Source: an uncultured virus (IMG/VR IMGVR_UViG_3300038427_000461)
Lineage: Duplodnaviria; Heunggongvirae; Uroviricota; Caudoviricetes
Virus record (IMG/VR): IMGVR_UViG_3300038427_000461
Strand: one strand, 5' to 3'
Length of the DNA: 60,965 nt
The notes under the pieces were generated by a model that was not told the DNA's origin, did not search any database, and saw only the letters and a list, made by a program, of their open reading frames with translations. Shown here one piece after another: positions 1 to 9,486 of this stretch (positions are counted from its first letter, which is position 1; the number at the start of each line of letters is the position of its first letter). A program made the translations under genes and the position numbers.

Positions 1-1269
1 CTGGATCTTGAACGTGCCGCGCACCGCGCGCCACGCCTCGAGCGTCTCCGAGGGCAGCCGACCGGCGTCCACGGCGTTCACCACTTGCAGCTCGGTGTCG
101 AGCGTGCGGGAGAACTCCAGGGTCTCGCGCACGAAGGCCGCCCAGTCGCGCCGGGCCGCGACCCACTTCGGCGGCGGTCGCGGGTCCCACACCGAGTGGA
201 AGCCGAGTGCGAGCTGCCGCAGGTACATCCGGAACTCGATCGGTTCCGAGAAGGCCCAGCCGTCCGGCGTCGTCCACGGCCGGACCACGTACGCCCCGTG
301 CGCGTCCTTCACGCCGTGCCGCATGTTGCCGATGTGCTGCTCGGTGACCGCCGAGGGCTTATACTCCAGCGCGGCGATGCGCAGGCTGCACGTCACGCCG
401 TCGGTCCGCGAGGAGGCGACGACGCCCCGGGTCTCGAGCAGCCGCGCCTGGAACGCCCGCCGCGCGCGCGTCACGTCGTCCAGCTCGTGCGCGGCGAGGA
501 GCTGCGCCAGCTCGCGACCTCGGTCGTCCGGCGCCCCCAGCTCGAACAGCACCTCCGGCCGTCGCCGGGCGAGCGGGTTGACTCGCTCGTCGAGCGCGTC
601 GGCCCACACCGCGACCTCGTCCTCGGTCTCGGGGATCGGCGCCTGGTCCTTCAGCGCCCAGCGCAAGAGGTGCGCGAAGTCCCTCACCGACCCCTTCATC
701 ACCGTGCCGGAGACGCCCACGAAGCGCGTCTCGGGGTGCTCGTGCATGTAGCGCTTGACGCGCTTCGTGCGGCCGGCGCGATGGTTCTTGAGGAAATGCG
801 CCTCGTCCGCGACGATGAGGTCCGGTCGGATGTAGTCCAGTCTCCGCGCGCTCTGCACCAGGCCGAGCAGCTCGTAGGAGATGAGCTGCAGGTTCGTCGC
901 GATGCGCCAGTGCTCTCTCAGTGCCTTGAAATCGAGGGCGGTCTTCTCGATGAGCGCCGCCGGCAAGAGCAGGATCGGTCGCTTGGCCTCGAGCACGACC
1001 GGCAGCACGGCCGTCACCAGAGTTTTTCCACTGCCGACGCGCATCGGGCCGAAGATCCCGCCCACCTCCATCGCCTCGTAGAGGGCGACGGCCTGCACCG
1101 GGCGGAGCTTCATCGTCCCGCCGGGAGTCTTCAGCTCCCGCGTCATCATCTCCGCCAGCGTCGCCGCCGCCGCGTCGGACCACGTGCGTCGCGGCAGGGC
1201 CGCGATGCGGGCGATCTCGGGGGTGCGGGGGACGACCTGGCTGCCGAACGGGGACGGACTGCTGGTCAC
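1..1269 (-). CDS. SF2 (SNF2/DEAH-like) helicase, C-terminus runs off the window
   Basis: Manual translation (absent from ORF track): GTG at 1269; LRPVQ, Walker A MRVGSGKT, LIVADEAH, motif III GVSGT; open to position 1. Confidence 0.9.
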   Translation of the reverse strand, partial: MTSSPSPFGSQVVPRTPEIARIAALPRRTWSDAAAATLAEMMTRELKTPGGTMKLRPVQAVALYEAMEVGGIFGPMRVGSGKTLVTAVLPVVLEAKRPILLLPAALIEKTALDFKALREHWRIATNLQLISYELLGLVQSARRLDYIRPDLIVADEAHFLKNHRAGRTKRVKRYMHEHPETRFVGVSGTVMKGSVRDFAHLLRWALKDQAPIPETEDEVAVWADALDERVNPLARRRPEVLFELGAPDDRGRELAQLLAAHELDDVTRARRAFQARLLETRGVVASSRTDGVTCSLRIAALEYKPSAVTEQHIGNMRHGVKDAHGAYVVRPWTTPDGWAFSEPIEFRMYLRQLALGFHSVWDPRPPPKWVAARRDWAAFVRETLEFSRTLDTELQVVNAVDAGRLPSETLEAWRAVRGTFKIQ

Positions 1270-1400
1270 CGACCGACCAATGACGACATCCGCTGCAAAC
1301 GCTCGCAGTACGGACCGCACCAACCGCCGTGGATCGAGATTAGCGACCCGTCCGGCCTGATTCGGACGCGCTCCAAGTACCACTTGCCGTGCGGGCTCAT
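1266..1400 (-). CDS. Small hypothetical protein (44 aa)
   Basis: ATGA overlap with the upstream nuclease and GTGA overlap with the helicase. Confidence 0.5.
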   Translation of the reverse strand: MSPHGKWYLERVRIRPDGSLISIHGGWCGPYCERLQRMSSLVGR

Positions 1401-3061
1401 CGCACCACCAGCCCGGCGCGCGCCACGAACTCGACCGCGATGATCGACCCCTCCGGCGTCGTCGTGTCGAGCCGCAGCGCCGGCAGGACGCCCTCGAGCG
1501 CGTCCAGCTCCGCGGCGGCCGCGACGGCGAGCATCCCCGGGCCGTGACCGAACTCGGCGAACCGGTAGTCCGCGAGTCCCTCGGCCGCGACGCGCTTCTT
1601 GGCCAGCACGATGAAGTGCGTCGCGTCGGCGACGGGCGCGCCCACCGGTCCGCAGTCGAGGTACAGCGTCTCGATCTTCACCGCGAGCCCCGTCGCGGGC
1701 ACGGTGGCCTTCTTCGGCCGCCCGCGCCCCCGAGTCGCGTCGGCAGCCGCTGCGGGTGCGGCCGCTGCGGGAGCGGGTGCGGCCGCTGCGGGAGCGGGTG
1801 CGGCCGCTGCGGGGGAGGGGGCGGTGGCGGGCGGCACCGCTTGCGCGGCCTCGGCGATGAGCCGTTGCGCGGCGTGCGCCACCGGACCCGTCAGCGTCTG
1901 CCCGGACGCGATGGCGGCGAGGACCTCGTCCCTCGTCGGCGCCGCAGCGGGCGGCGCGGGCGGCGGCTGGTGCTCCGGCGGGTTGATCGCGGGGCCCGCT
2001 GCGGGGCCCGCCGCTGCCGCACCGCTCGACTGGAGGCGCGCCAGGAGCTTGTTTCCAGTCGTCGGGGCGGCCACCGGTGCCGGTGCCGCCGCAACCGGTA
2101 CTGCTGCCGCTGCGACCGGTGCCGGTGCCTCCGCGACCGGTGCCGGAGCGACCGGCGCCTCCTGGACGGCCGCCGCGGGGGCGCCCCCCGCCCGCAGGCG
2201 CGCCAGGAGCGCGTTCGGCGGCGCGGTTGCCAGGGGCGCAGCGGGCACCGCCGCACCCCCGGCAGCCGCCGCGAGCGCGGCGACCGCGGGGGCGTCGGCG
2301 GCACCATTCTTCTTGGCTTGGAGTGCGAGCAGGAGCTTGTTCTGTTCCACGTGGGACCTCATCTTCTCGAAGGGGGATAGGTTGCAGCGCCCCTGGTGCG
2401 GGCACCCACCGTAGGCGCTGCAGTGGTTGATGTTCGGGGGCAGGTCGAGCGGCTGCTTCTCCGCAGCCGTCGACATCGTCTCTGCGATCTGTTCGATCTC
2501 TAAGAACCGGTTCCAGGCGTCGGTCTGGTGGACCCTCAACCTCGTGATCGCGCTCTTCTTGGTATTTTTTGTTTGGTAGTAGACCCAACGCAGCTCAACT
2601 TCGCTCTCGTCGGGGTGGTTGCGGAAATAGTCGACCGCGTACAGGGTCGCTTGGATGTCTCTCTTCAGGTCATCTTCTGTCTTCTGCCATTTCAGGTCGC
2701 TCGTGGTCTTGTGGTCATAGACGACCCCGAGCTGCGCGAGGTGCACGACGCCCGGGACTTCGAGGTCCTTGTAACCGAGATACGAGTGCCCCGAGGGGCC
2801 CTCGAAGTGAAACTCCTCCTCGATGCGCAGACCGACGGTGCCTGGCTTGGGCAGGTGCTCGATCCCGGCCACCGCGATGTAGCCGACCTCCGTCGTGAAG
2901 TCGATGTCTCCCCCTCGCAGGTACTTCTCCAGTTCCGCGTGCACCGCACGACCGAGTTCGGCCGCGGGGCTGGGCGGCTCTTCCACGCCAGCGACGTACC
3001 GCCACGCCCACTTGCGCGGGCAGTCGCTGAAGGTCTGGACCTGGGAAGCGGATAGTCGCAT
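1397..3061 (-). CDS. PD-(D/E)XK (RecB/Cas4-like) nuclease with long Ala/Pro linker and C-terminal domain
   Basis: LSASQ..CPRKW, G..VH..LE, GYKD, DHKT and C-terminal C..GGCP..C; AT-hook-like GRGRPKK. Confidence 0.85.
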   Translation of the reverse strand: MRLSASQVQTFSDCPRKWAWRYVAGVEEPPSPAAELGRAVHAELEKYLRGGDIDFTTEVGYIAVAGIEHLPKPGTVGLRIEEEFHFEGPSGHSYLGYKDLEVPGVVHLAQLGVVYDHKTTSDLKWQKTEDDLKRDIQATLYAVDYFRNHPDESEVELRWVYYQTKNTKKSAITRLRVHQTDAWNRFLEIEQIAETMSTAAEKQPLDLPPNINHCSAYGGCPHQGRCNLSPFEKMRSHVEQNKLLLALQAKKNGAADAPAVAALAAAAGGAAVPAAPLATAPPNALLARLRAGGAPAAAVQEAPVAPAPVAEAPAPVAAAAVPVAAAPAPVAAPTTGNKLLARLQSSGAAAAGPAAGPAINPPEHQPPPAPPAAAPTRDEVLAAIASGQTLTGPVAHAAQRLIAEAAQAVPPATAPSPAAAAPAPAAAAPAPAAAAPAAAADATRGRGRPKKATVPATGLAVKIETLYLDCGPVGAPVADATHFIVLAKKRVAAEGLADYRFAEFGHGPGMLAVAAAAELDALEGVLPALRLDTTTPEGSIIAVEFVARAGLVVR

Positions 3062-3065
3062 GTCC

Positions 3066-3236
3066 CTACGCCGCGACGCGCTTCTTCTCAGACTTCCTCT
3101 CGTGCTCCGCGACGGCCCTCTCGGCGGCCTCGCGGATGAACGCCCCCGGGGACACGTTCTTCTCCTTGGCCGCCGCCTTGATGCGCTTCAGGAGCTTGGG
3201 GTCCGGCAGGTGGATCGAGTAGTTCACGTAGTTCAT
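3066..3236 (-). CDS. Ribbon-helix-helix (CopG/Arc-like) regulator
   Basis: YSIHLP..LLKRIKAAAKEKNVSPGAFIREAAERA; divergent from the primase. Confidence 0.7.
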   Translation of the reverse strand: MNYVNYSIHLPDPKLLKRIKAAAKEKNVSPGAFIREAAERAVAEHERKSEKKRVAA

Positions 3237-3334
3237 CGTCTTCGCAGAAAACCTCCCGCCCTCGATCGATTGTCCCTTGTGCGGCTGACCCATCCCATAT
3301 ATGAGAGATCCCCTCCGGGTGCAAGCCCGAAAAG

Positions 3335-5569
3335 GTGCCTGATGCCGAGCTTCCGGAGCGAGGGGACAGAACCGTGATGGCCGTGGCGGTGCCGGACGTC
3401 TCGCTCCGAATCTTCCCCCTGCACGGCATCCTCACCGATCAAGGTTCTCCCACCTGCACCTGCAAACTCGGCGCCTCCTGCAAGAGCGTCGGCAAGCACC
3501 CTGCGGTGCGCTGGCGCACGTTCGACGAGAACGTGAAGGGACCGGGCGGCGGCTACGGCATCCAGACCGGCCACTTCAACGGCATCTTCGTCGTGGACCT
3601 CGACGTCGCGGACGGCAAGGACGGCGTCAACGCGTTCGTCGCGCTCGCAAACGGGCGGCCCATCCCCGACACCTCCAGCGTGCTCACCCCGTCCGGCGGC
3701 CTGCACCTCTACTTCCGGCTGCCGCCCGGCGCCCACGTGCCCACCAGCCGTAGCGAGTTGGCCCCCGGTGTCGACGTCAAGGGCGAGGGCGGCTTCGTCG
3801 TCGGCCCCGGCTCCCCGCACAAGAGCGGCGGCGTCTACCAGGACCAGCCCGGCCCGCTCGCCGACCCGCCCGACTGGCTGCTCGCGCTCGTCGTCAAGCA
3901 GCCCGAGCCGCCCAGGCTACTCACCACGGTGCACCGCACGGTCGAGCCGTCGTCCCCCGAGGGCGTGCGAGCTATCGCGTGGGCCAAGACCTTCCTCGCG
4001 GCCGCCGAGCCCGCCATCGAGGGCCAGGGAGGCAGCGATCGGTTGTTTCACGCCTGCTGCCACCTGATGTACTCGGCCCTCCCCCTCGACGTCCTCCGAC
4101 AAGTGGTGGAGGAAGTCTACAACCCCCGCTGCGAGCCTCCGTGGTCTCCGGAGGAGATCGCGCACAAGCTCACCGACGCCGACCGGGTGTTCGCGGAGCC
4201 TCGCGGGCTCTGCTCGCCGGACTTCCTCGACAAGATGCGCGGCCGGACGAAGGAGACGGACGCCCGGACCCCCGACCCGCTGCACGAGTACACGTTCGAG
4301 GCCGGGATGCGGTCGTCCAGCGACCTCACCAAGGCGTCGTTCAACGAGATCGTGGGCGACCTCTTCGCGCACGTCGACTGGGCGGGCGTCCTGCGGTTCA
4401 ACACGTTCCAGGATCGCGTCGTCGCCGTCGACCCGCCGATGAAGATGGACGCCGAGACCCCGGGCGGCCTCTCCGACAACGACGTGCAGCTCGTGCGAGC
4501 GTGGCTCGAGTACCACGGCAAGAAGCTCAACGTCCAAGACGTACGAGCAGCGATCGAAGCCGTAGCTAGGCGGCGGGCGTACCACCCGATCCAGGACTGG
4601 CTCCCATCCCTGCCGTGGGACGGGACCCAGCGCCTGGACCGCGTGCTACCCGAGTATTTCCAGACGGCGGACGGCCCGTACGAGCGCGCCATCGGTCCGA
4701 AATGGTTCATTTCCCTGGTGGCCCGCGCGATGGAGCCCGGCTGCCAGAGCGACTGCACGCTCGTCCTCGAAGGCGACCCCGGCATCAAGAAGACGAGCGC
4801 GTTCCGCGCGCTCATGCCCGATCCATCCTGGTATGCCGAAAGCTCTACAGGGGTCGACTCCAAGGACTTCTACGAGAACCTCCGGGGCGTCTGGCTGATG
4901 AGCTTCGACGAGCTGGACTCCCTGTCGCGCGGGTCGCTCACGAAGGTCAACACGATGCTGACCGCCACCCGTGACCGGTACAGGAAGTCCTACGGGCACT
5001 ACTCCGACGACTACCCGCGCGCGTGCGGGTTCTGCGGCAGCACCAACGCCGAGCAGTACATCAACGACTCAACAGGCGGCCTCGGACGCCGGATCTGGCC
5101 GGTCAAGACGCTCCGCCCGATCGACACCTCCCGCATCGAGGCCGACCGAGAACAGTTGTGGGCGGAAGCGTTCGCGCGCTGGAAGGCGAAGGAGGCCTGG
5201 CACGTCGACACCCCGGAGCTACGCAAGCTATGCGAGGCCGAGCAGGAGTCGCGGATGGCGGTCGACGGCTGGGAAGAAATCATCCTGCGGTGGTTCCACG
5301 ACCCAGCCAAGTTCTCCCGGACCCCCATCCCCCCCGAGCCGGACAGCGTGTTCAAGGGGGTCCGGCCGTTCGACGGCTCGGAGGGGGTCTCGACGGCCGA
5401 CGTGCTGGAGCACGCCGTCGGCAAGCTCAAGGGTCAGTGGTCGCCGGGGGACGCGCAGCGGGTCGGGAGGATCTTGAAGCGGTTAGGGCTCAAGAGGAGG
5501 CAATTTAGGCTAGGTAAAATAGGCGAAAAATCTGACAGGGAGTGGCGCTATGTGTTTTCAGCTACTTAG
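3335..5569 (+). CDS. Bifunctional primase-polymerase fused to a VapE-family helicase; start may be 3374/3377
   Basis: GKHP, VVDLD, TPSGGLHLYF, DVKGEGGFVVGPGS; VapE WDG..RL, LEGDPGIKKTS, SFDELD, GSTN, RRIWPV. Confidence 0.92.
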   Translation: MPDAELPERGDRTVMAVAVPDVSLRIFPLHGILTDQGSPTCTCKLGASCKSVGKHPAVRWRTFDENVKGPGGGYGIQTGHFNGIFVVDLDVADGKDGVNAFVALANGRPIPDTSSVLTPSGGLHLYFRLPPGAHVPTSRSELAPGVDVKGEGGFVVGPGSPHKSGGVYQDQPGPLADPPDWLLALVVKQPEPPRLLTTVHRTVEPSSPEGVRAIAWAKTFLAAAEPAIEGQGGSDRLFHACCHLMYSALPLDVLRQVVEEVYNPRCEPPWSPEEIAHKLTDADRVFAEPRGLCSPDFLDKMRGRTKETDARTPDPLHEYTFEAGMRSSSDLTKASFNEIVGDLFAHVDWAGVLRFNTFQDRVVAVDPPMKMDAETPGGLSDNDVQLVRAWLEYHGKKLNVQDVRAAIEAVARRRAYHPIQDWLPSLPWDGTQRLDRVLPEYFQTADGPYERAIGPKWFISLVARAMEPGCQSDCTLVLEGDPGIKKTSAFRALMPDPSWYAESSTGVDSKDFYENLRGVWLMSFDELDSLSRGSLTKVNTMLTATRDRYRKSYGHYSDDYPRACGFCGSTNAEQYINDSTGGLGRRIWPVKTLRPIDTSRIEADREQLWAEAFARWKAKEAWHVDTPELRKLCEAEQESRMAVDGWEEIILRWFHDPAKFSRTPIPPEPDSVFKGVRPFDGSEGVSTADVLEHAVGKLKGQWSPGDAQRVGRILKRLGLKRRQFRLGKIGEKSDREWRYVFSAT

Positions 5570-5570
5570 C

Positions 5571-5762
5571 TCACCTGTCACCGAGTCACCAGCCGTCACC
5601 GACCTTTTCAAGACCCTTGGAGGGGCTAGAAGGGCTGTATTCACACACGGTACATAACACAGGCGGATCTAATGGTGACAATGGTGACATGGTGACTTGG
5701 TTTTGATTTCAAGATGTTGCGGCGTCACCAGGATCGGGCGTGTCACCGATTCGCCTGGTGAC
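5571..5762. other. Putative replication origin (GTCACC/GGTGAC iteron cluster)
   Basis: About 10 copies in alternating orientation around AT-richer spacers, directly after the primase stop. Confidence 0.65.
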
Positions 5763-5804
5763 ACTTGCGCGCGTCGAGTTTCTATCGAATAAAACGGAGA
5801 TAAA

Positions 5805-6290
5805 ATGAGGAAGAGCAAGAACGCGTTCGTTCCAACGCAGAGGCAGACGAACAGGTATCGGGAGGTCGTGCGCGTGTTGGGTGAGCTGGCCGACGCCGAG
5901 GGTCTGGACGTGTCCATGCGGGCGTACAGCGAGGCGATCTGGTCACGCCTGTACGAGGAACTCCGCGAGCGGTACGGGGCGCCGGGGAGTGCTAGCGTGG
6001 CCAAGTTCTTGGGGCTGCGCGGAGGGAAGAGTGCGCAGGTGCCGGCGGGCGACCACGTGAAGGTCTGGCGGAAGAAGGGGGCCCCTGTCACGCTCACGTC
6101 CGAGCCGTACGAGGTCGACGTTGAGGGGATGCGCGCGCTTGTCGCGTTCTGCGACGCGCACGGTCTCAGCGCGACCTTGACGGCTGGCTCCGTTCATTTC
6201 CCGTCGCACTGCTTGCTCGTCGTGCTTCAGCACAAGGGAGAAGGTGAAGAGCACCACTGGCCCGGCGCTCTTCACCCCAGGCGTCCTTGA
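5805..6290 (+). CDS. Hypothetical protein
   Basis: GGAG RBS, ATG start, plausible composition. Confidence 0.65.
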   Translation: MRKSKNAFVPTQRQTNRYREVVRVLGELADAEGLDVSMRAYSEAIWSRLYEELRERYGAPGSASVAKFLGLRGGKSAQVPAGDHVKVWRKKGAPVTLTSEPYEVDVEGMRALVAFCDAHGLSATLTAGSVHFPSHCLLVVLQHKGEGEEHHWPGALHPRRP

Positions 6291-6363
6291 CCCACCCCGA
6301 GCGGCGGGGGCAGCCGGTCGAGCGTCGGTCGCTGCCGGGGTGGCGGGCGACGTCGATTTCTAC

Positions 6364-6392
6364 TTGACGCATCTTGCAGCAAGTTGCATCAT
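6364..6392 (+). promoter_or_regulatory. Sigma70-like promoter for the tRNA operon
   Basis: TTGACG-17 bp-CATCAT ending 8 nt before the tRNA. Confidence 0.6.
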
Positions 6393-6400
6393 CCCTCTCG

Positions 6401-6473
6401 ACCCTCGTAGCTCAGTCGGAAGAGCGCCGGCATACGGAGCCGGAGGTCGGCAGTTCGATTCTGCCCGGAGGTC
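6401..6473 (+). tRNA. tRNA-Arg(ACG), atypical
   Basis: ACCCTCG/CGGAGGT acceptor (one mismatch), TA, GCTC-AGTCGGAA-GAGC D arm, CCGGC-ATACGGA-GCCGG anticodon arm, GGCAG-TTCGATT-CTGCC T arm; no encoded CCA. Confidence 0.8.
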
Positions 6474-6508
6474 CCGAAACCGCGCGCAACATAAGAACGA
6501 GGACGATG

Positions 6509-8581
6509 ATGGACAACTTCTCGGCGTTCGCGAAGGTGGTCGCGACGTCTTTCCAGGACTTGGTCAAGAGCCCGAGCGTCTTCGTCGTCGCGGCGGACAC
6601 GCTGGTCGAGGAGTACCTCGCCGCGTTCCCCGCAGGCTCGGATCCCGTCTACAAGACGACCACGGAGCACGACTGCCGCTGCTGCAAGCGATTCATTCGC
6701 CGAGCTGGCAGTGTCGTCACCATCGCCGACGGCGGCGAGCTTCGCACGATTTGGGACCGCGCGGCCGAGGAGGCGGGGGGGCCGTACCGCGCGGTCGCCG
6801 CTCGCCTGCGCGACGTCGTGCGCGCCGCGAGCGTGCGCGACCTCTACCGAGTGGGCGAGGGGGAGGTGAGCTTCGGCGCCGCCCAGTCGCACTCCCTGGA
6901 CAAGGAGACGCAGCAGGCGCGCACGTGGCGGCACTTCTACTCTGGGGAGATCCCGCGCGGCGTGCGGGTGGCGTCGCCGGACAAGGCGCGAGGCGACTAC
7001 CGGACGACGGTGCAGGTCTTCGAGCGCGGGCTGGTCGAGCTGACTCCGGGCGCGGTGGAGACCGTGCTCTCGCTCGTGGAGGCCAACGCCCTCTACCGCG
7101 GCGAGGAGCACCGAGCCGCGCTCCTGCAGTTCCAGAAGGCGCAGCGCGCGTTCCTCTCGACGAGCGAGGGGCGCGAGCGAGACATCTTCGCGTGGGCGAA
7201 CGCGGGCGCCCCGGCGGCGCGGTTCCGCAACACGGTGATCGGGACGCTCGTCCAGGACCTCTCCGAGGGCCAGGACGTCGAGCGCGCGGTCGCGAGCTTC
7301 GAGGCGAAGGTCGCGCCGCAGAACTACAAGCGCACGACCGCCCTCATCACGCCCGGCATGGTCAAGAAGGCGATGGAGACGATCGAGTCCCTCGGTCTGG
7401 AGTCCGCCCTCGAGCGGCGGTTCGCCGTGATCGGGGACATCTCCGTCAACGACGTGAAGTGGGTCGACGGGACCGTCAAGCCGCTCATGAAGGGGGGCAT
7501 CGGCGACGTGCTCATGCAGCACGCGGCCGCGACGAGCCGGAGCGTGGAGGGAGGCGCGGAGCGCGCGGAGGAGATCGGCCTCGACGAGTTCGTGGCGCGG
7601 GTCCTGCCCGAGACGACGGGCCTGGAGCTGCTGTTCAAGGGCGAGCACGTCGGCAACCTGATGTCGCTGACGGCCCCGTGCCACCCGGAGCCGAAGCAGC
7701 TCTTCCGGTGGTCGAACGACTTCGCGTGGTCCTACGGCGGCAACGTCGCGGACTCGATCAAGGAGCGCGTGAAGAAGGCCGGCGGCAAGGTGGACGGCGC
7801 GGCGCTGCGCGTGTCGCTCTCGTGGTTCAACTTCGACGACCTCGACCTGCACGTCCACGAACCCGCCGGGCGGGGGCGCCACGCGTTTGAAGACCACATC
7901 TACTTCCGCAACAAGCGGGGGTGGACGGGCGGCACGCTCGACGTGGACATGAACGCGGGTCACGGCACAACGCGCGAGGCGGTCGAGAACGTCGTGTGGG
8001 CGGCGAAGCCGCCGGACGGCGCGTACCGCGTCGTGGTCAACAACTACGCCCACCGCGAGACGAACGATCCAGGTTTCGTCATCGAGGTCGAGAGCGGTGG
8101 CAAGCTCTCGCACTACTCGTACAACAAGGGCGTCCGCGGTCAGCAGGACGTCGCCGTCGTCACCCTGCACGTGAGGGACGGGGTCGTGGAGCGGGCCGAA
8201 GTCGGCGACCCGGCCGTCACCCCCACCAACGTCTCGCAGGAGCGGTGGGGCCTCAAGACCGAGCAGTACGTCAAGGTCAGCGCGGTCACGCTGAGCCCGA
8301 ACTACTGGGGCAATAGTGCCGTGGGCAACAAGCACACGTTCTTTGTGATCGACGGTGCGAAGAACGACGAGCCGACGCGCGGGTTCTACAACGAGTTCCT
8401 GCACCCGCGCCTCGAGCCCCACCGCAAGGTGTTCGAGGTCATCGGGGACAAGACCAAGTGCCAGCCCACCGACGGGCAGCTCTCGGGGCTCGGGTTCTCG
8501 TCCACCCAGCGCGCGTCCTTCATCGTCCGGGCCCAGCAGGGCCGGAAGCAGCGAGTGTTCAACGTTCGAGTCGGCGCGTAG
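6509..8581 (+). CDS. Conserved phage protein with a YfaP/DUF2135-like segment
   Basis: GAGG RBS; HDCRCC motif; LRVSLSW..DDLDLHVHEP and GGTLDVDMN. Confidence 0.8.
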   Translation: MDNFSAFAKVVATSFQDLVKSPSVFVVAADTLVEEYLAAFPAGSDPVYKTTTEHDCRCCKRFIRRAGSVVTIADGGELRTIWDRAAEEAGGPYRAVAARLRDVVRAASVRDLYRVGEGEVSFGAAQSHSLDKETQQARTWRHFYSGEIPRGVRVASPDKARGDYRTTVQVFERGLVELTPGAVETVLSLVEANALYRGEEHRAALLQFQKAQRAFLSTSEGRERDIFAWANAGAPAARFRNTVIGTLVQDLSEGQDVERAVASFEAKVAPQNYKRTTALITPGMVKKAMETIESLGLESALERRFAVIGDISVNDVKWVDGTVKPLMKGGIGDVLMQHAAATSRSVEGGAERAEEIGLDEFVARVLPETTGLELLFKGEHVGNLMSLTAPCHPEPKQLFRWSNDFAWSYGGNVADSIKERVKKAGGKVDGAALRVSLSWFNFDDLDLHVHEPAGRGRHAFEDHIYFRNKRGWTGGTLDVDMNAGHGTTREAVENVVWAAKPPDGAYRVVVNNYAHRETNDPGFVIEVESGGKLSHYSYNKGVRGQQDVAVVTLHVRDGVVERAEVGDPAVTPTNVSQERWGLKTEQYVKVSAVTLSPNYWGNSAVGNKHTFFVIDGAKNDEPTRGFYNEFLHPRLEPHRKVFEVIGDKTKCQPTDGQLSGLGFSSTQRASFIVRAQQGRKQRVFNVRVGA

Positions 8582-8601
8582 CCGGCACAAGGAGTCGACC
8601 C

Positions 8602-9009
8602 GTGGTCACGAACATCTTCGAGTACGCCACCCGTAACAAGCTCCGCTTCGCGTCCGCGCGGGGGGAGTTGACCGTCGAGCAGCTCTGGGACGTCCCCCTG
8701 CGGTCGAAGGACGACTTCAACCTCAACGCCGTGGCCAAGGCCGCGAACAAGGCGTGGAAGGACGTCTCCGAGGAGAGCTTCGTGGAGACCACGAAGACCT
8801 TGGACCACGTCCGGCGCGAGACCGCGCTGGAGATCGTCAAGTACGTCATCGACACGAAGCTCGCCGAGGAGGAGGTCGCGAAGAGGCGGTCGGAGAAGCG
8901 ACTCGAGAAGGAGAAGCTCCTCGCGATCCTCGCCGAGAAGCAGGCGGGCAAGCTGAGCGATCTGTCCGAGAAGGAACTCCAGAAGCGCATCGCGGCGCTC
9001 GACGAGTAG
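8602..9009 (+). CDS. Conserved phage protein, coiled-coil C-terminus
   Basis: AAGGAG RBS and GTG; NIFEYATRNKLRF..GELTVEQLWD. Confidence 0.8.
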   Translation: MVTNIFEYATRNKLRFASARGELTVEQLWDVPLRSKDDFNLNAVAKAANKAWKDVSEESFVETTKTLDHVRRETALEIVKYVIDTKLAEEEVAKRRSEKRLEKEKLLAILAEKQAGKLSDLSEKELQKRIAALDE

Positions 9010-9013
9010 GGTC

Positions 9014-9253
9014 GTGGTGAGCCTCGACCGACTGACGATCCTGCGGGTCGCGCTGGAGGCGCAGCTCGACCCGCGCACCGTCAAGCGCGCCATCGAGCAC
9101 GGGATCGACTCGCTCCAGAGCGCCCACTCGAAGGTGCGTCTGCGCGCTGCGCTGAAGAAGCTGAAGCTCGAAACGGCCATCCAGGCCGGCGGCGCCGAGG
9201 GTGAGGCGCGCCCCCCGCGAGCGGGGGCGCGTCGAGGGGCGAAGCGTCCGTGA
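9014..9253 (+). CDS. Hypothetical protein
   Basis: Follows the operon; GTGA overlap with the next ORF. Confidence 0.55.
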   Translation: MVSLDRLTILRVALEAQLDPRTVKRAIEHGIDSLQSAHSKVRLRAALKKLKLETAIQAGGAEGEARPPRAGARRGAKRP

Positions 9254-9486
9254 TCGTCGGGAGGATCGCCGAGACGGGCTGTCGCACGCCCCGCTGGCAC
9301 GTCGTCTGCGGCGCGTGCCGCGAGCCGCGCATCATCACCTCCTACCCCGGCGAGGTCCTCGCGGCCGAGCGCGAGACCGACAACCGGTGCCACGTCTGCG
9401 ACCAGGCCCAGCGCGCTCCATCGCAGACGGGCGTGCGGTCCCGGTGGCACGAGCGATCTGCCTCGCGGGTTTCGCCTATCGCCTGA
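9250..9486 (+). CDS. Hypothetical CxxC-pair protein
   Basis: CGAC..CHVC; GTGA overlap. Confidence 0.5.
   Translation: MIVGRIAETGCRTPRWHVVCGACREPRIITSYPGEVLAAERETDNRCHVCDQAQRAPSQTGVRSRWHERSASRVSPIA

Noticed and set aside
8..1443. Long plus-strand ORFs here and similar antisense or off-frame ORFs (e.g. 6389-8590, 27673-30102, 37183-39381 N-part, 57443-59272)
   Set aside because: Shadow ORFs of high-GC coding sequence: Arg/Pro/Gly-rich and overlapping genes with clear motifs
1746..1815. 21-bp tandem repeat as a regulatory element
   Set aside because: Encodes the PAAAAPA linker in frame; slippage explains it
1397..3061. cas4 as part of a CRISPR system
   Set aside because: It sits in a helicase/primase module with no cas1/cas2 or array; a typical phage nuclease context
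6292..6343. GC-rich nested hairpin upstream of the tRNA promoter
   Set aside because: No U-tract or characteristic loops; not distinguishable from background in ~70% GC DNA
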